The notes beneath the pieces were generated by a model. It searched no databases and was not told the origin of the DNA. It saw nothing but the letters and a program-made list of their open reading frames with translations. Shown piece after piece: positions 26,110 through 39,584 of a DNA stretch of 64,000 nucleotides (positions within the stretch are counted from its first letter, which is position 1; each line of letters opens with the position of its first letter). The translations under genes and the position numbers were made by a program. Origin of the DNA: Octopus sinensis (Eukaryota). The stretch spans positions 54,870,001-54,934,000 of the forward strand of contig NC_043004.1 of NCBI RefSeq assembly GCF_006345805.1. The letters are read 5' to 3'.

Positions 26110-26282
26110 TTAACATACATACATACATACTACATACATACATACATACATACATACATACATACATACATACGCACATACATACGCACATACGCACATA
26201 CATACATACATACATACATACATACATACATACATACATACATACATACATACATACATACATGCATACATATATACATATG

Positions 26283-26315
<33 letters not shown>

Positions 26316-26505
26316 GCATACATACATACATACATACATACATACATACATACATACATACATACATACATACATACATACATACATACATACATACATA
26401 CATACATACATACATACATGCATACATATATACATACGTACATACATACATACATACATACATACAACATACATACATACATGCATACATATATACATAT
26501 ATACA

Positions 26506-26537
<32 letters not shown>

Positions 26538-26581
26538 CATACATACATACATACATACATACATACATACATACATACATA
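26110..26581. repeat. (TACA)n microsatellite
   Basis: Direct observation. Confidence 0.95.
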
Positions 26582-27285
26582 CACCGAAATAGCAACATCT
26601 GTAATTTCCCTGCTCGCAAACATCGTGCAACTCTTACACGCTCATTGAACCGACTTCGCCCACCTTACACAGCCGGCCAACAGCAGGAGCTACGAGCCTA
26701 CAGAAATAAGCTGGACAACAAGGAGAGTAGAACATATAGTTACAGCCATAGTGTCTTAAACGATTTATTATTACATGTCAGCGTGTGCAGTATAGCCTTC
26801 AAGATGGCACAGACGTGGGACAACTGGAAAAACAGAATTTCTGTGGTTCCCACTGCTTGATCAGTGCTTATTTGGGTCTACTCTAAAATCCATGTGCGCG
26901 CATATCCTATCATATCACTAGACCATATTACCTAGGCCATAAATGTTCTCTACTCTTTTTTCTGGGGTTTTCTTCTTTTTTTTTTATAAGTTAAACATCA
27001 TTGCTTTCTGAAGAGCAAGTTGGATAACTGTCGTGTTGATGAATGCAGTTGAGGTAGAAACGCATATCCATTATTATCCTCTCATCTCCAGACATAAACC
27101 TGTCTTTTTCCGTAAATGCACGTCAACTTGGGATAATTCGCGATTTTGAAGATTATCTTCCCTTCTCAAGCGAAATTGGTCTCCCTGTTTTTCAGGGTAG
27201 GCGGGCAACGTGGATTCAGTGAGCGTTTGGCAGTTGCACGCTGTTTGGGAGCAGTGAAATTATAAACGTTGCAGCCATTTTGGTG
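26582..27285. mobile_element. Old MITE-like element with about 90-bp imperfect TIRs
   Basis: caccgaaatagcaacatctgtaatttccctgctcgcaaacatcgtgcaact aligns with the reverse complement of about 27195-27285 (caccaaaatggctgcaacgtttataatttcactgctcccaaacagcgtgcaact); TA at both ends. Confidence 0.65.
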
Positions 27286-27309
27286 TATGTATGTATGTAT
27301 GTATGATAT

Positions 27310-27725
27310 GTCAGGTCACTTTCGAGTGCTACTGGTAACATGTAACCCAGTACAACCTGTTGCATGGTCGGGTCGTCGGCGACTAAACCGGCAACCCCAC
27401 CAAGCTTGCTTGGTGAGGAGGGTGTTTATTGGACACCCTGCAGGATGAAAAATAAAACCCGTCAAAGGGCGGAGGAACTCTTGAGAGTCAACGGCCATCC
27501 AATAAATGTCTCAAGGTTGTATCATGCGCGGGGACATAGAAATAATCGGACTAAATACCCGATCGCGCGGTTAAGCCATTGGGAGTGAAGGACTCCTAGC
27601 CTTTGTTAGGGAATCCTTCTAGGAGAAGGTAACTCAGGTAACTGGGATAACTCCGACATAAAACCTGCGGCTCAGTGGTTACCGATGATGTTGACTTGTT
27701 CTTTTCGGATTATGGCTGTTGTTGC
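27310..27725 (+). mobile_element. Probable RTE-clade LINE 5' UTR fragment
   Basis: Contains ctaggagaaggtaactc...aaacc, a motif I associate with RTE 5' UTRs; no ORF follows. Confidence 0.35.
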
Positions 27726-28229
27726 TTAGTGAGTGGAATTGACTCAGTGTACAGCCTTTCCTCACTTTAAAAAAATCTTCTTGCACAGGCATTGCACGAT
27801 AACACCATTGATTAAGCTTTGTGCAATGGCCAAACTCGATAGCGAGGGGGCATCCACCATGTATGTATGTATGTATGCATGCATGTATGTATTTTGGTAT
27901 CTGTGTGTGCATGTGTGTGGGTGCGTGCGCGCGCGTGTGTGCGTACGTCTTTAATCTTTGTAAATTGGGAACCTTCATACTGCCACTAAGATAATTTAAA
28001 TCAATTTTATGTTGTATGGTATTTGACATACTTGTATTTGTCTATATATTGGTATCAAATTTTGGCCAGCAATTTCGGGGAAGAGGACAAGTCGACTGCA
28101 TCGATGCCAGTGCTCATCTCGTTCTTATTTTGTCGGATATGAAAGGAAAGAAGACAAAGTCAATCTCGGCGGAATTTGAACTCAGAACGTGGAGACGGAT
28201 GAAATACTGACGTGCTAACGATTCTTTTC

Positions 28230-28620
28230 TACTCTAGGCACAAGGCCCGAAATTTTGGGGGAGGGTATTAAGTCGATTAGATCGACCTCAGTACGCAACT
28301 GGTACTTAATTTATCGACCCCAAAAGGATGAAAGGCAAAGTCGACCTCGGCGGAATTTGAATTCAGAACGTAACGGCAGACGAAATACCTATTTCTTTAC
28401 TGCCCACTTTAGTGGTTACACACAGAGGGGACAAACAAGGACAGACAAACGGATTAAGTCAATTGTATCGACTCCAGTGCGTAACTGATACTTAATTTAT
28501 CGACCCCAAAAGGATGAAAGGCAAAGTCGACCTCGGCGGAATTTGAACTCAGACAAATACGAAATACGGCTACGCATTTCGCTCGGCGTGCTAACGTTTC
28601 TACCAGCTCGCCGCCTTATC
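28230..28620 (-). mobile_element. Family-B SINE dimer
   Basis: Two head-to-tail units on minus, joined by gggcagtaaagaaataggtatttcgtc. Confidence 0.8.
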
Positions 28621-29244
28621 TTACTTGAATATTACCACAATTCTTAGATTTTCTTACTATTTTAGGCAGCGAATTGGCAGACTCGTTAACACGCTGGACT
28701 AAATGCTTACCGGTATTTCGCCTGTCGCTACGTTCTGAGTTCAAAATCCGCCAAGGTCGGCTTTGCCTTTCAGCTTTTGGGAGTCGATAAATTAAATACC
28801 AGTTATGCACTGGGGTCGATGTAATCGACTAGTCTCTTTCCACGAAATATCAGGCTTTGTGCCTTTAATAGAAAGGTAATTTTATTCAGTTTCTAATTTT
28901 AACTTTTCGTTGGTTGTTTTATTTACTTGTGTTGTTTGGTTGTTTACTTTATTTTTTGGTGTTTTGTAAATGAGATTGTCCGACATATTTTTGAAGAAAA
29001 TAGTGGCCATATTAGTTGGTTAATTTATTTGTGTAATCAATAGTGTGTGCGTGTATCTTATGTGTGTGTGAGAGAGGGAGGTAGAGAGGGGAGACGGGAG
29101 AGAGGAGAGAAGGAGGAGAGGGGGAGGAAGAGAGGGAGGGAGAGATAGGGGAGGTGAGGGAGAGAGAGAGAGAGCGAATTGGTGCTCGGGTTGGGCTTGG
29201 GATATGACATACGAACATGCATGTAAATATACATTAGTCATATA

Positions 29245-30466
29245 TTGGTTTGACGCATAATTCATGAGTGTTTTTGTTTTTTGTTTTTTCCAAATTTACA
29301 AATGCAGACAGAAATAAAGTGCGTTGGCAAAATGTTTTATGATATTTAAATGAGAATTTTTTTGCTCTACAACATAGTGTGTTTTTTTTTTTTTTTTTTT
29401 TTTATTAATCTTTGTGTGTTTTCAGATCATTAAAATGGAATGTCAATGGACAAAAACTGAGCATTTTCGACACCATTTGCTTTTTGCATTTAACCGAGGT
29501 GTTAAGGCCGCTGAAGCTGCTCGTGAGATTTGTGCTGTGTATGAAGAAGGAGCACTGTCTCAAAGTACTGTCTGCCGTTGGTTTCCGCGCTTCAAAAATG
29601 GAAATTTTTACCTCAAGGACGGATCACATGCCGGTCGACCAAGTGAGTTCGATGAAGAGTGATTGAATCAACTTCTTCACGAAAATCCACGTCAAACGAT
29701 GAGAGAATTGGCGAACCACCTTCACTCAATGGGAAAGGTTCAGAAACTCGGTGCTTGGGTGACACACACTTTGAGCGAAAACAACAAAAATCAACGCTCC
29801 AAATTGCCGCCATTTTGCTCGTCACTGGCGATGAAAAATGGTGCCTTTATATCAATATGAAGCAGCAAAAAGAATGGCTCAGCCCCGACAAACAAGCGAA
29901 TCCACGAGCAAAACAAGACCTTCATTCTCGAAAGACCATGTTGTGTGTATGGTGGGACTGGGAAGGCATAATACATTACAAACTGCTTAAGCGCAACCAA
30001 ACACTCAATGCGGTGCTCAACGTTCAACAACTGCACCGACTCAACGAAGCAATTCGGCAAAAATAGACCGAATAAGCGAAATGGCGTTCTTCTGCAACAG
30101 GACAATGCCCGTCCTCACATCACCAATATGACCAAAGCTGCGATTCAAGAACTCGAATGGGAAATGCTGCCTCATACTCCATACTCTCCAGACTTTGATT
30201 TTCATCTTTTTCAACTGCTTTCGTACGCTTTGCGCAACGTATTGTTCAATAATGAAGTGGAACTGAAGGCTTGGTTGGACGAATTCTTTGAGTCAAAACC
30301 GGCAGATTTCTATCGCCGAGGCATCGAAAATCTTATTGAACGATGGGAGGAAGTCGTAAACAACAATGGAAAGTATTATTATTGGTTAATATATTGTAGT
30401 TTTTTGTTTTTTTTTTTGGTTCAAAATAAATTTGAAAAAACGCTCATGAATTATTCCTCAACCCAA
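29245..30466 (+). mobile_element. Near-complete mariner (DD34D) element, pseudogenised
   Basis: About 31-bp imperfect TIRs (ttggtttgacgcataattcatgagtgttttt / aaaaacgctcatgaattattcctcaacccaa) with TA flanks; HFRHHLLFAFNRG, LGAWVTH, VTGDEKW, MLCVWWD, QDNARPH, HTPYSPD-FDFHLF. Confidence 0.93.
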
Positions 30467-30713
30467 TATATTAGTTCTTTATTAACAGAACAAAGTTTTT
30501 TATGCATGAATGTTGTCATTCAACATATTCCATAGTTCAGGATGTAGAGAGGAGAAGAAACAAAAGGAAGGTGAGAGAGAGATCTGAAAAGGATGCGATT
30601 TCACCTCCCAAATGAAATCAACACGCATTCTCTTCCATATGAAATATTTCGGAATATTTCAGAGTAGCCTCCCCTGGATAATGTAACCACCGTTATGCTA
30701 TTTGTGTACATGT

Positions 30714-31112
30714 ACTCTTTACTCTTTTGCTTGTTTCAGTCGTTTTGACTGCGGCCATGCTGGAGCACCGCCTTTAGTCGAGCAAATCAACCACAGGACT
30801 TATTCTTTGTAAACATAGTACTTATTCTATCGGTCTCTCTTACCGAACCGCTAAGTTACGGGGACGTAAACACACCAGCATCAGTTGTCAAACGATGTTG
30901 GGGGACAAACACGTACACACAAACATATATACATACATATATACATATATACGACGGGCTTCTTTCAGTTTCCGTCTACCAAATCCACTCACAAGGCTTT
31001 GGTCGGCCCGATGCTATAGTAGAAGACACTCGCCCAAGGTACCACGCAGAGGGACTGAGCCTGTAACCATGTGGTTCGTAAGCAAGCTACTTACGACATA
31101 GCAACTCCTACG
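30714..31112 (-). mobile_element. Family-A SINE, full length
   Basis: Colinear with 10864-11270. Confidence 0.85.
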
Positions 31113-31163
31113 CCTATACATGTATGTATTTATACGAAACACATATATGTAAACACATATATG

Positions 31164-31250
<87 letters not shown>

Positions 31251-31349
31251 TGATGGTAGCGGAGTGATTGTCGTCAGCACGATTTTGACCACAACCACTT
31301 TCTCATGCAAACATGTCTGATTGTATTTCTACCATAAGCCTTCAATGAT

Positions 31350-32030
31350 TGCTTAGCCTTAATTTTGTTCTAAATATTTTTCCCGCATGTAGCCTATATC
31401 TTATTGAAGAATCACATCAACAACAGCTCCTCTTTTGTGCATTTGAAATTTGTCTAAAACAGAATTTTAATCTACTACTGAATGAGTACACCTTTGGACA
31501 GAAAGCACCTTAACGTTGTTTTTGTTGAACAGCTTGCGGAATTTATAGACATTCAGGAAACGTTTTGCTGTTAGGAAATGGAAATGTTTAACGATATTAG
31601 CTTTTACACGTATGCTGAATGGTGGGTTGTGATACATATTTCTTTTCTTAGAGATCTAAGGCGTTTGAATGATGATGACAGTTAGTACTTTATTCTTTCT
31701 TAATATCGGTTGCGTGATAGTATCTTGTTCTCATATTCTGCATCCCTGTTGAAGATAGTTTGATCAGAGAACAATACACATATTATTTTGCTGAATCAAC
31801 AAGCCTGGTTCGAGACCTTAAACAGATTTTATATGCTTGAGTTTTTTAAAGGATCTTTCCACAAATACTACAATAGCTAGAATCGTCAAAAATGTTCTTA
31901 CCATCACAAACATTTGGAAAATTTCATAACGTTTATGCTCAATCTTTAGCAATCAAAATTTACTTTATGTAATAACGTTAAATATCGTATTTCTTTTGCA
32001 AAATCTCCGTTGTTGAAATTAGCTTTATAT
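31350..32030 (-). mobile_element. Very decayed Penelope-like RT remnant
   Basis: Minus frame KHFHFLTAKRFLNVYKFRKLFNKNNVKVLS resembles the Penelope thumb pattern KHFP...L.KIFN.N.VKVSYSC; weak elsewhere. Confidence 0.4.
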
Positions 32031-32040
32031 TGGTGAGTTA

Positions 32041-32361
32041 TGTGGAGGCGCAATGGCCCAGTGGTTAGGGCAGCGAAAACACATAAAGCTCCACGAGGCT
32101 CCGGCAGGGGATGGTGGTGATCCCTGCTGTACTCTTTCACCACAACTTTCTCTCACTCTTACTTCCTGTTTCTGTTGTACCTGTATTTCAAAGGGCCGGC
32201 CTTGTCACTCTCTGTGTCACGCTGAATATCCCCGAGAACTACGTTAAGGGTACACGTGTCTGTGGAGTGCTCAGCCACTTACACGTTAATTTCACGAGCA
32301 GGCTGTTCCGTTGATTCGGATCAACCGGAACCCCCGTCGTCGTAACCGACGGAGTGCTTCC
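32041..32361 (+). mobile_element. Family-C SINE with deletion in the tRNA head; 12-bp TSD
   Basis: TSD attggtgagtta at 32029-32040 and 32362-32373; body matches 1127-1511. Confidence 0.9.
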
Positions 32362-33224
32362 ATTGGTGAGTTAACTTTTTCACTTTTTTTTTTTGTTCCT
32401 TGCTCACTTTCAACTATATTCACAGGAAATCAGAATGTTCAGTTAACTGCTTAATAACATTAAAATTGTAGTTGATCTTGTAATAACATCATCACGAATC
32501 AAAACATAAAACATTTTCCGAAGAAGCCTTCTTTAGGTAAATTATCTATGCCAATTTAATATCTACACTAGTTTAATATCATATGTCATGTCAGAATCCA
32601 CTCTTCTCTTTCGATACAAACCTACACAATATTTCTATTTCATGAGCTGATTAACTTATTAGGTTTCATTCTAGATATATTTGCTCTATTCGTACCAAGC
32701 TCAATGCAATGATTTACATAAATATTGTTTATTAAAAATATTTCAGCTTCGTTGTAAAGACTCCCGCCTGCTGATGCAGCAGGAAATACCCCTAAAAATG
32801 TTTTTACTCTTAGAAAAAGTACCTCAAATTAGTTACGTGATCTGATGAGGCGACTTGTTAATTATTGATTTCAAATTTTGGCACAAGGCCAGAAGTTTCG
32901 GGGATGAGGTAAGTTGAAGATATCGACTCCATTATTCAACTGGTACTTATTTTATCGACTTCGAAAGAATGGAAGGCAAAGACGACTTTGGTGGAATTTG
33001 AACTCAGAATGTAAGGGCGAACGAAATGCCGCTAAACATTTTGCCCGGCGTGCTAACGACTCTACCAGCTCGCCGCCTTCGACTAATTAATTATTAACGA
33101 GTATTTTTACTTCTTGAGTCTTCAACTAACTCCTCACAAAAAACAGAGTATTTTGTTTTCAAGTAGACTCTTTTTGTTATAGCTTATTACGATCAACCAA
33201 TCGAATAATGCAGTAATATATTTA

Positions 33225-33495
33225 TGCCAACCATCAACTTACTCAGCCCACTTTTCCTGGGAGAGCCTACAGTCCTTAATCACCACCTCCATTCAATCGT
33301 ATCAGAAGCAACCGTCATTACACTTTCCAGTTTGATTCCCAAGCGTGACCAAATGAGTCAATGGACATTATCCAGCCATTTCATTCTTGGTCTACTCCGA
33401 GGTCTCCTTTTGGTTGCTTCGACTAGAAGAATCCGTCTTGCGATCCTTTCCTACGACATTCTAATCACATGTGGTGCTGGAGCTGTGACCGTTTG
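33225..33495 (-). mobile_element. RTE LINE 3' coding remnant
   Basis: HVIRMS*ERIARRILLVEATKRRPRSRPRMKWLDNV, the RTE GH..RM...R.P.GRP..RW.D tail. Confidence 0.65.
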
Positions 33496-33869
33496 ATGCA
33501 GAGAAGTAGCAATTCGAATGAGAGAAGCTCTCTGTGCGCCGAGCTACGCACTCTGTCCAGTAGCGTTACTCCAGAAAGCCATCGGGGGAATCCTGTTTCG
33601 GTCGCATTTCGTCCGTCTTTACGTTCTGAGTTAAAATTCCACCAAGGTCGACTTTGCCTTTCATCCTTTCGGGGTTGATAAATTAAGTACCAGTCAAGTA
33701 CTGGGGTCGATGTGAGCGACTATCGCCCTCATCTCAAATTCCAGACCTTGTGCCTATAGTAGAAAAGATTCTTATTATTATTATTATTGACACCCACGCA
33801 ATATTTTCTTACATTTGAAAACTGGAAAAGAGCAAGGAAGTATACGAAAAGTACTTGTTATAAGTAGGC

Positions 33870-34720
33870 CATGATGAAGTAGATAGACTTTTGAAACCAA
33901 CGTAAAGTGCAAAATATCAGTGTTAGATCAACCAAGTAGTGTTTACATAAGCAGCATAAAGTACAAAACCTGGAGTACTTAAAAATTATTATCGAAATTC
34001 TATTGTTCGCAGTGACATGGGCGGAGTTTCTGATATCAAAAGTGACAACTTTTTGAAACTTGTATATATATTATACCAAGGTGGTTAGAATCATGTAAAC
34101 ACTTGTTCCAAATGAAGTTTTTGATATCGTAGTTGAGACTGTTTTAGATATGGTAGCAAATGACGTGAAGAAATGTTCAGAAAAATCCCATTATCGTTGA
34201 TAAAACATCAGACGTCGCCGGGGCTGAGCTAGTTAAAAATATCCATTAGATTCATTATTGAAGGAGAAACCAGTGAATCTTTCATTGAATATTACACACC
34301 GCTTTCTACTGAAGGAAGTGTTCAGAATGAGTTAAAAACATTCCCGAGAGTCTAGAGTAGAAACTTAATAAAATTATCGGAGAATATTATGACGGCGCAC
34401 CAAATATGTGCGGTTTGCGTAGAGGTTTAGCAACGAGAACAAAAAAATGACCTCCGCTTTCTGTCTTTGTTCGTTGTTATAGGCTTCTCATAAATCTTGG
34501 TATCCAATATGCACTGACACATACTGAGCTCCTCTGCAATGTTTAAGAACTACACAGAGTCCATACAAATTTCTCGAAGCCAGTCCGAAGCGACATACAC
34601 TTCGAAAGCATTACGATCGATGGAGAATAAGTTTAAGCGTAACAATAGTGGTCTTCTAGATGATATGAAGAAGCAAACGCCGTCATACAGCAATCACCTT
34701 AGATCGTAGCGTATTGATTG
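33870..34720 (+). mobile_element. Decayed hAT transposase (Tip100/ZMYM1-like) fragment
   Basis: Across frameshifts: IIVDKTSDVAG..., SIRFIIEGETSESFIEYY, IIGEYYDGAPNMCGLRRGLATR...VFVRCYRLLINL, matching the hAT motifs DET.D, YDGA.NM.G and HC..H.LNL. Confidence 0.7.
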
Positions 34721-34851
34721 AACTGACAAATGATCAAAACCATAAACTATAATAACTAATAGCGCATTATTTAACACCATATATGATTTTCACTTAACTA
34801 GACTGTTTGTACTGAAAATAACACTCTCAACACAAGCAGTCTCAGTAAATA

Positions 34852-35714
34852 CATGGTCTGATCAATAAGTATCCGGGTTGTTGCCATAATAACGAAGCTA
34901 ACGCACACAGAGTAAAGCCACTTGACAAAGATTGACATAGAGTTCTGCTGCGCATGTGCACGAAGTTTTAGCGTTCTAGCTCACTTTCACTGTTTACAGC
35001 AGTGCTTGGACGGAAGGTATGTAGCGTGTGATCATCACCTTGGCCATGATAGAGAAAGTTGAGCAGAGAATGTGCATCAAATTTTGCCAAAAGCTTAGCG
35101 ATACATGCTCAGTGGCCTACGCAAAGTTTTCAAAAAATTTTCATCGTTCTCGACACAATCAAGGACACCCGTGTGTCTTTTTGATTAGCTGAAAGCACTT
35201 TTGGTACAAACTTGGCAGACACACGTCTCATACCCAAATCTTCAGTGATAATGGGCTGATCTGAACCGTAACTAATCTGCAGATCCCCTGATAACTCACG
35301 GATGGTGATTCGACGATTTCCCCTCAGCAGCCTGCACATCTGAGACGTTTTTCTCAATTCTGCTAGCTGCAAGTTTCCCAGAACGTTCGCCAAAATCGAC
35401 ATTTTTTGGCCATCGTGGAAACGTCTGAACCACTCGTACACTTGTGTGCGATGCATACACTCCTCTGCATAAACTTTCTGCAACTCTGCGTAGGCCTCTG
35501 AGCAGGTATCGCCATGACAACTTTCTCTGTCATGATCAATGCTACACACCTTCCTTTCAAGCACGGTTGTAAACAGCGGAAGTGAGCTAGAACGTTAAAA
35601 CTTAGTGCGCATGCACAACAGAGTTCAAGATCAATTTTTGCCAAGTTACTTCACTCTGCATGCTTTAGCTTCGTTACTATGGCAACAGTCCGGATATTTA
35701 TTGATCAGACCTTA
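34852..35714. mobile_element. Fold-back mariner derivative (two 5' ends facing inward), copy 1
   Basis: TIR ggtctgatcaataagtatccgg at both ends with TA flanks. Left arm encodes MIEKVEQRMCIKFCQKL on plus; right arm encodes the longer N-terminus (RTQVYEWFRRF, LGMRRVSAKFVPKVL) on minus. Confidence 0.85.
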
Positions 35715-35999
35715 TACATATGAGTAAATACTCAGATGTTTATAACAGCTACGGCAGTCTGGGAAACCCTCACCAACTATAGAAATAAAACAGAATTAAG
35801 ACGTTTGGAAATGTGCTGTAAGGTTAGATGAAATTATCCAGTTACATTCTCATCCATAGAAGCAGCTATTCTCCAGAGACAAACAAATCTCGACGATTAC
35901 AAGTCCTGGTGGTTAAAACAATTGGCAACAGAGATGCCGCTGGATCAATCTGTCAAAGACTTCCATCGTATATATGTTGTATCGTTAATAAATGAAAGA

Positions 36000-36423
36000 G
36001 GATCTTTTCGGTTTGAACGGCAGTTTTTCTAGCGGTGTCATATGAAATTGTCACCCATAATTATGACCCTAGTATCAATCTATTGCATTTCAATCTGTTT
36101 TAGGGTTAGGGTTAGTTAGGATTAGGTGTGGGGGGAGGGTATCTTTTTTTCTTCACAAATGTAAATAAATCCAATCTGTTTCTTAAACGAGGGACATATT
36201 CATACGGCACAGAATGTTTTCACCTCAATAGACGTCATTGATTGGTTGAAATTGCAGAAATTGAAGAAAAAAATAACAAATATCTTACAAACTATAGAAT
36301 TTTCTCAATAAAGCCAAGAGAAAAAGATGTTTTATAAACACATTCTACCAGTATACGAAGTTTAAAAGTGTTTAGTTACGTGGAAATTATTTAAAAAAAC
36401 TGCCGTTCAAACCGAAAAGATCC
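36000..36423. mobile_element. Merlin-like MITE, copy 2
   Basis: Same 29-bp TIRs as 24032-24443; TSD atgaaaga at 35992-35999 and 36424-36431. Confidence 0.88.
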
Positions 36424-36639
36424 ATGAAAGATCTTACGTCGTCGAAAACATTGACCTATAATAATAACTAGGAAGGGTCGCTTGTGACACAGAACAACTG
36501 ATATTCTTATACAAATTATTGTAGCGTTGTATGTAATGCCAAATCAATTTGCAAACACTGAGACAACTCGTCCTCTCAAGCAAGTGAGTAGAGTTCCACT
36601 GAATAGGTGGAGAAGTTCAAAAATCCCTGGGCCGTTTTT

Positions 36640-37110
36640 ATGAGTAACGAAAGGCAGGAGGCTGAATGAAGTGCAAGAATTGCAGGAGTTGATGCAGTAA
36701 TGAGGTAACTTTAGCATTCGGTCATCAAAAGAGGGATGTAGGTGTAAAAGCTAAACTCACCCTCTTCACTTAGCTGTTCATGCTATGGTCATGAATTTTG
36801 GGTAATAACCGAAAGAATATGGTCACGAATACAAGCGGTCGAATAGAGCTTCCGCCGAAAAGGTCTTTCCAGTAACGTCACTCAATAGAGTGCATAGCTC
36901 GGAAATCAAAGGGACGCCCCAGTTAGACCCGCTACATCTCGAAGTGAGCCCCCATTCTACGAACATATAGTAAGAATATCTCGGGAAAGAATCGCTTGGA
37001 TAGGTTTTACGGTCAAAACTAACTAGAGGGAGACCACGCGCAAGACGGTTAGATACCATTCATGTTTCCGTTTGTTTAGCTTGGGGGTCCACTCTTGATT
37101 CTGTGCTGTT
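36640..37110 (+). mobile_element. RTE LINE 3' coding remnant
   Basis: Decayed GHEFWVITERIWSRIQAVE...RVHSSEIKGT...HIVRISRERIA. Confidence 0.6.
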
Positions 37111-37175
37111 GGTTTATTTACATCCCCATAACTTACTGGTTTGACAAGAAGAGACTGATAGAATAAATACCATAT

Positions 37176-37267
<92 letters not shown>

Positions 37268-38800
37268 AACAATAATATATATATATATATATATATAATA
37301 ACAATAATATATATATATATATATTATATATATATATATATTATAAAGAAGCCTGTCGTGTGTGTGTGTATGTGTATTATATACAGATATACATACACAC
37401 ACACACCACACACATATATAAATATATGTGTGTGTGTGTATGTATATCTGTATATAATACACATACACACACACACAACAGGCTTCTTTCGGCCCAAGAC
37501 TATAGTAGAAGACACTTGCCCAATGTGTCACGCAGTGGGACTGAACCCGAGACTATGTTGGGAAGCAAGTGTCTTACCACACAGCCACATACATACATAC
37601 ATGGACGTACGTAAGTGTGTGTGTGTGTCATCTTTTATCTTTTACTTGTTTCAGTCATCAGAGTGCGGCCATGCTGGGGCATCGTCTTGAAGAGGTTTTA
37701 GTCGAACTAATCGACTCCATACATATATGTGTGTGTGTGTGTGTGCCTGATGTGTGTGCGTGCATATATATACCCACACACACACACACACACACACACA
37801 TCAGGCACACAAACACCACATGCGCGCACTACAAGATAGACTATATTTACAACAAGTGAACTTTGGAATAATTATTAAGACAGAACAATCCATTGTCTTA
37901 TCAAAGATCAAAGCCTTTTCCACGTCAGCAGATTTTACGTCGTAAAAAGAAAACACACACACACATACTCACACACTACATCACACACACATACTCACAC
38001 ACTACATCACACACACATACTCACATCATACACACATCACACAGAGACTCACCGCACACATCCACAGAAATATGCACACATCAAACAACAACAATCGCAT
38101 GCACACACAACTGTCATACGTATTATATATACATATTAACTCAAACTACAAGTGCGCACTCGCATATACACACATGCACACATACACCCACTGCACACAT
38201 ACACAACACATATACACATATTCCCCGCACATACACCTCTTTCACACACACACACTTCTCTGACATACTCATATATACATATTAATACGCAAGGTACACA
38301 CACACGCATCACGCCAACATCTTCAGCAAACTAACCGGTCTTCCGTTAACGAAGTCGTTCGACTCGCTAGAAATAGCATCAACATCTCCCTCAACATCAT
38401 ACATTATCGCTATAGAAAACGACAGCAGTGATAACGCAGGCTTGAGTTGTCAGTGCAAAAGAAAAAGACGGGGAACCTCCAAGGTTTGCGATACTTGGTA
38501 ATTAAAATGCCTGGTTAATCAAAACTAAACGGGATCTAAAACAACATCGATTCTCACACACAAACACACACATATATCACCAACATCATCAATTCATACA
38601 CATTCTCACGCACGCGTTAGCGCGCATGCACGGCTCAGGTCATCACCTGATTACCTACCTACACCCGGATACTGTGTTCAGTGACCTCTATTTACAATCG
38701 CCAAAAGGTCAAATGTACGAGGAATCAACACAGCATACGCACACACGCATTTATATATCTATGTGTGTTCTGTTAGTGCACACTGAACTTGACTCAGTGC

Positions 38801-38865
<65 letters not shown>

Positions 38866-39157
38866 TTTTACTTCTCTTTTTACTTGTTTCAGAGTCATTA
38901 GACTGTGGCCATGCTGGGGCATCACCGTGAAGAATTTTCGTCGAATGAATCGACCCCAATTCTTTTTTTTATTTTTGAGCCTGGTATTTATTCTATCGAT
39001 AACTTTGGCCGAATCGCTAAGTTACGGGGACGTAAACACACCAGCACCCGTTGTCAAGCGGTGGTGGGGGACAAACAGAGAAACACATACACACATACAT
39101 ATTTCATACATACATATATATGTGTGTGTGTGTGTGTGTGTGTATGTATATATATAT

Positions 39158-39204
<47 letters not shown>

Positions 39205-39279
39205 ATAGAAATGGCAAGACAACAAAAAAATGAACGAGACTTCGATATTATATAAATAGAGGAATTTATGTGTAAATAT

Positions 39280-39575
39280 CACGTGACCGACCAGTCCATC
39301 AGATGTAGTTACACATCGCTGGTCACAATGCGTTCGCATTGTTTTAGCCTTCGAATGACGCCACCCCGCTGGCTAAGCGAGCAGGCCAATAGAAGAAAGA
39401 GTGGGAGAAAGAGTGGTGAGAAATGACAGCAGGGATCACCACCCCCTGCCGGAGCCTCGTGGAGCTTTTTAGGTGTTTTCGTTCAATAAACACTCACAAC
39501 GCCCACTCTGGGAATCGAAACCGCGATCCTACAACCGCGAGTCCGCTGCCCTAACCACTGGGCCATTGCGCTTCC
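39280..39575 (-). mobile_element. SINE sharing the family-C head but with a different 3' tail; 12-bp TSD
   Basis: TSD atgtgtaaatat at 39268-39279 and 39576-39587; first about 185 nt match family C, then an unrelated tail ending ...ggtcggtcacgtg. Confidence 0.85.
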
Positions 39576-39584
39576 ATGTGTAAA

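Noticed and set aside
36098-36127. Interstitial telomere
   Set aside because: Only about two perfect TTAGGG units, and they are internal to a MITE.
38630-38790. Cluster of AGGTCA half-sites and a TGACTCA motif as an enhancer
   Set aside because: Short motifs without canonical spacing, and there are no conservation data to support function.
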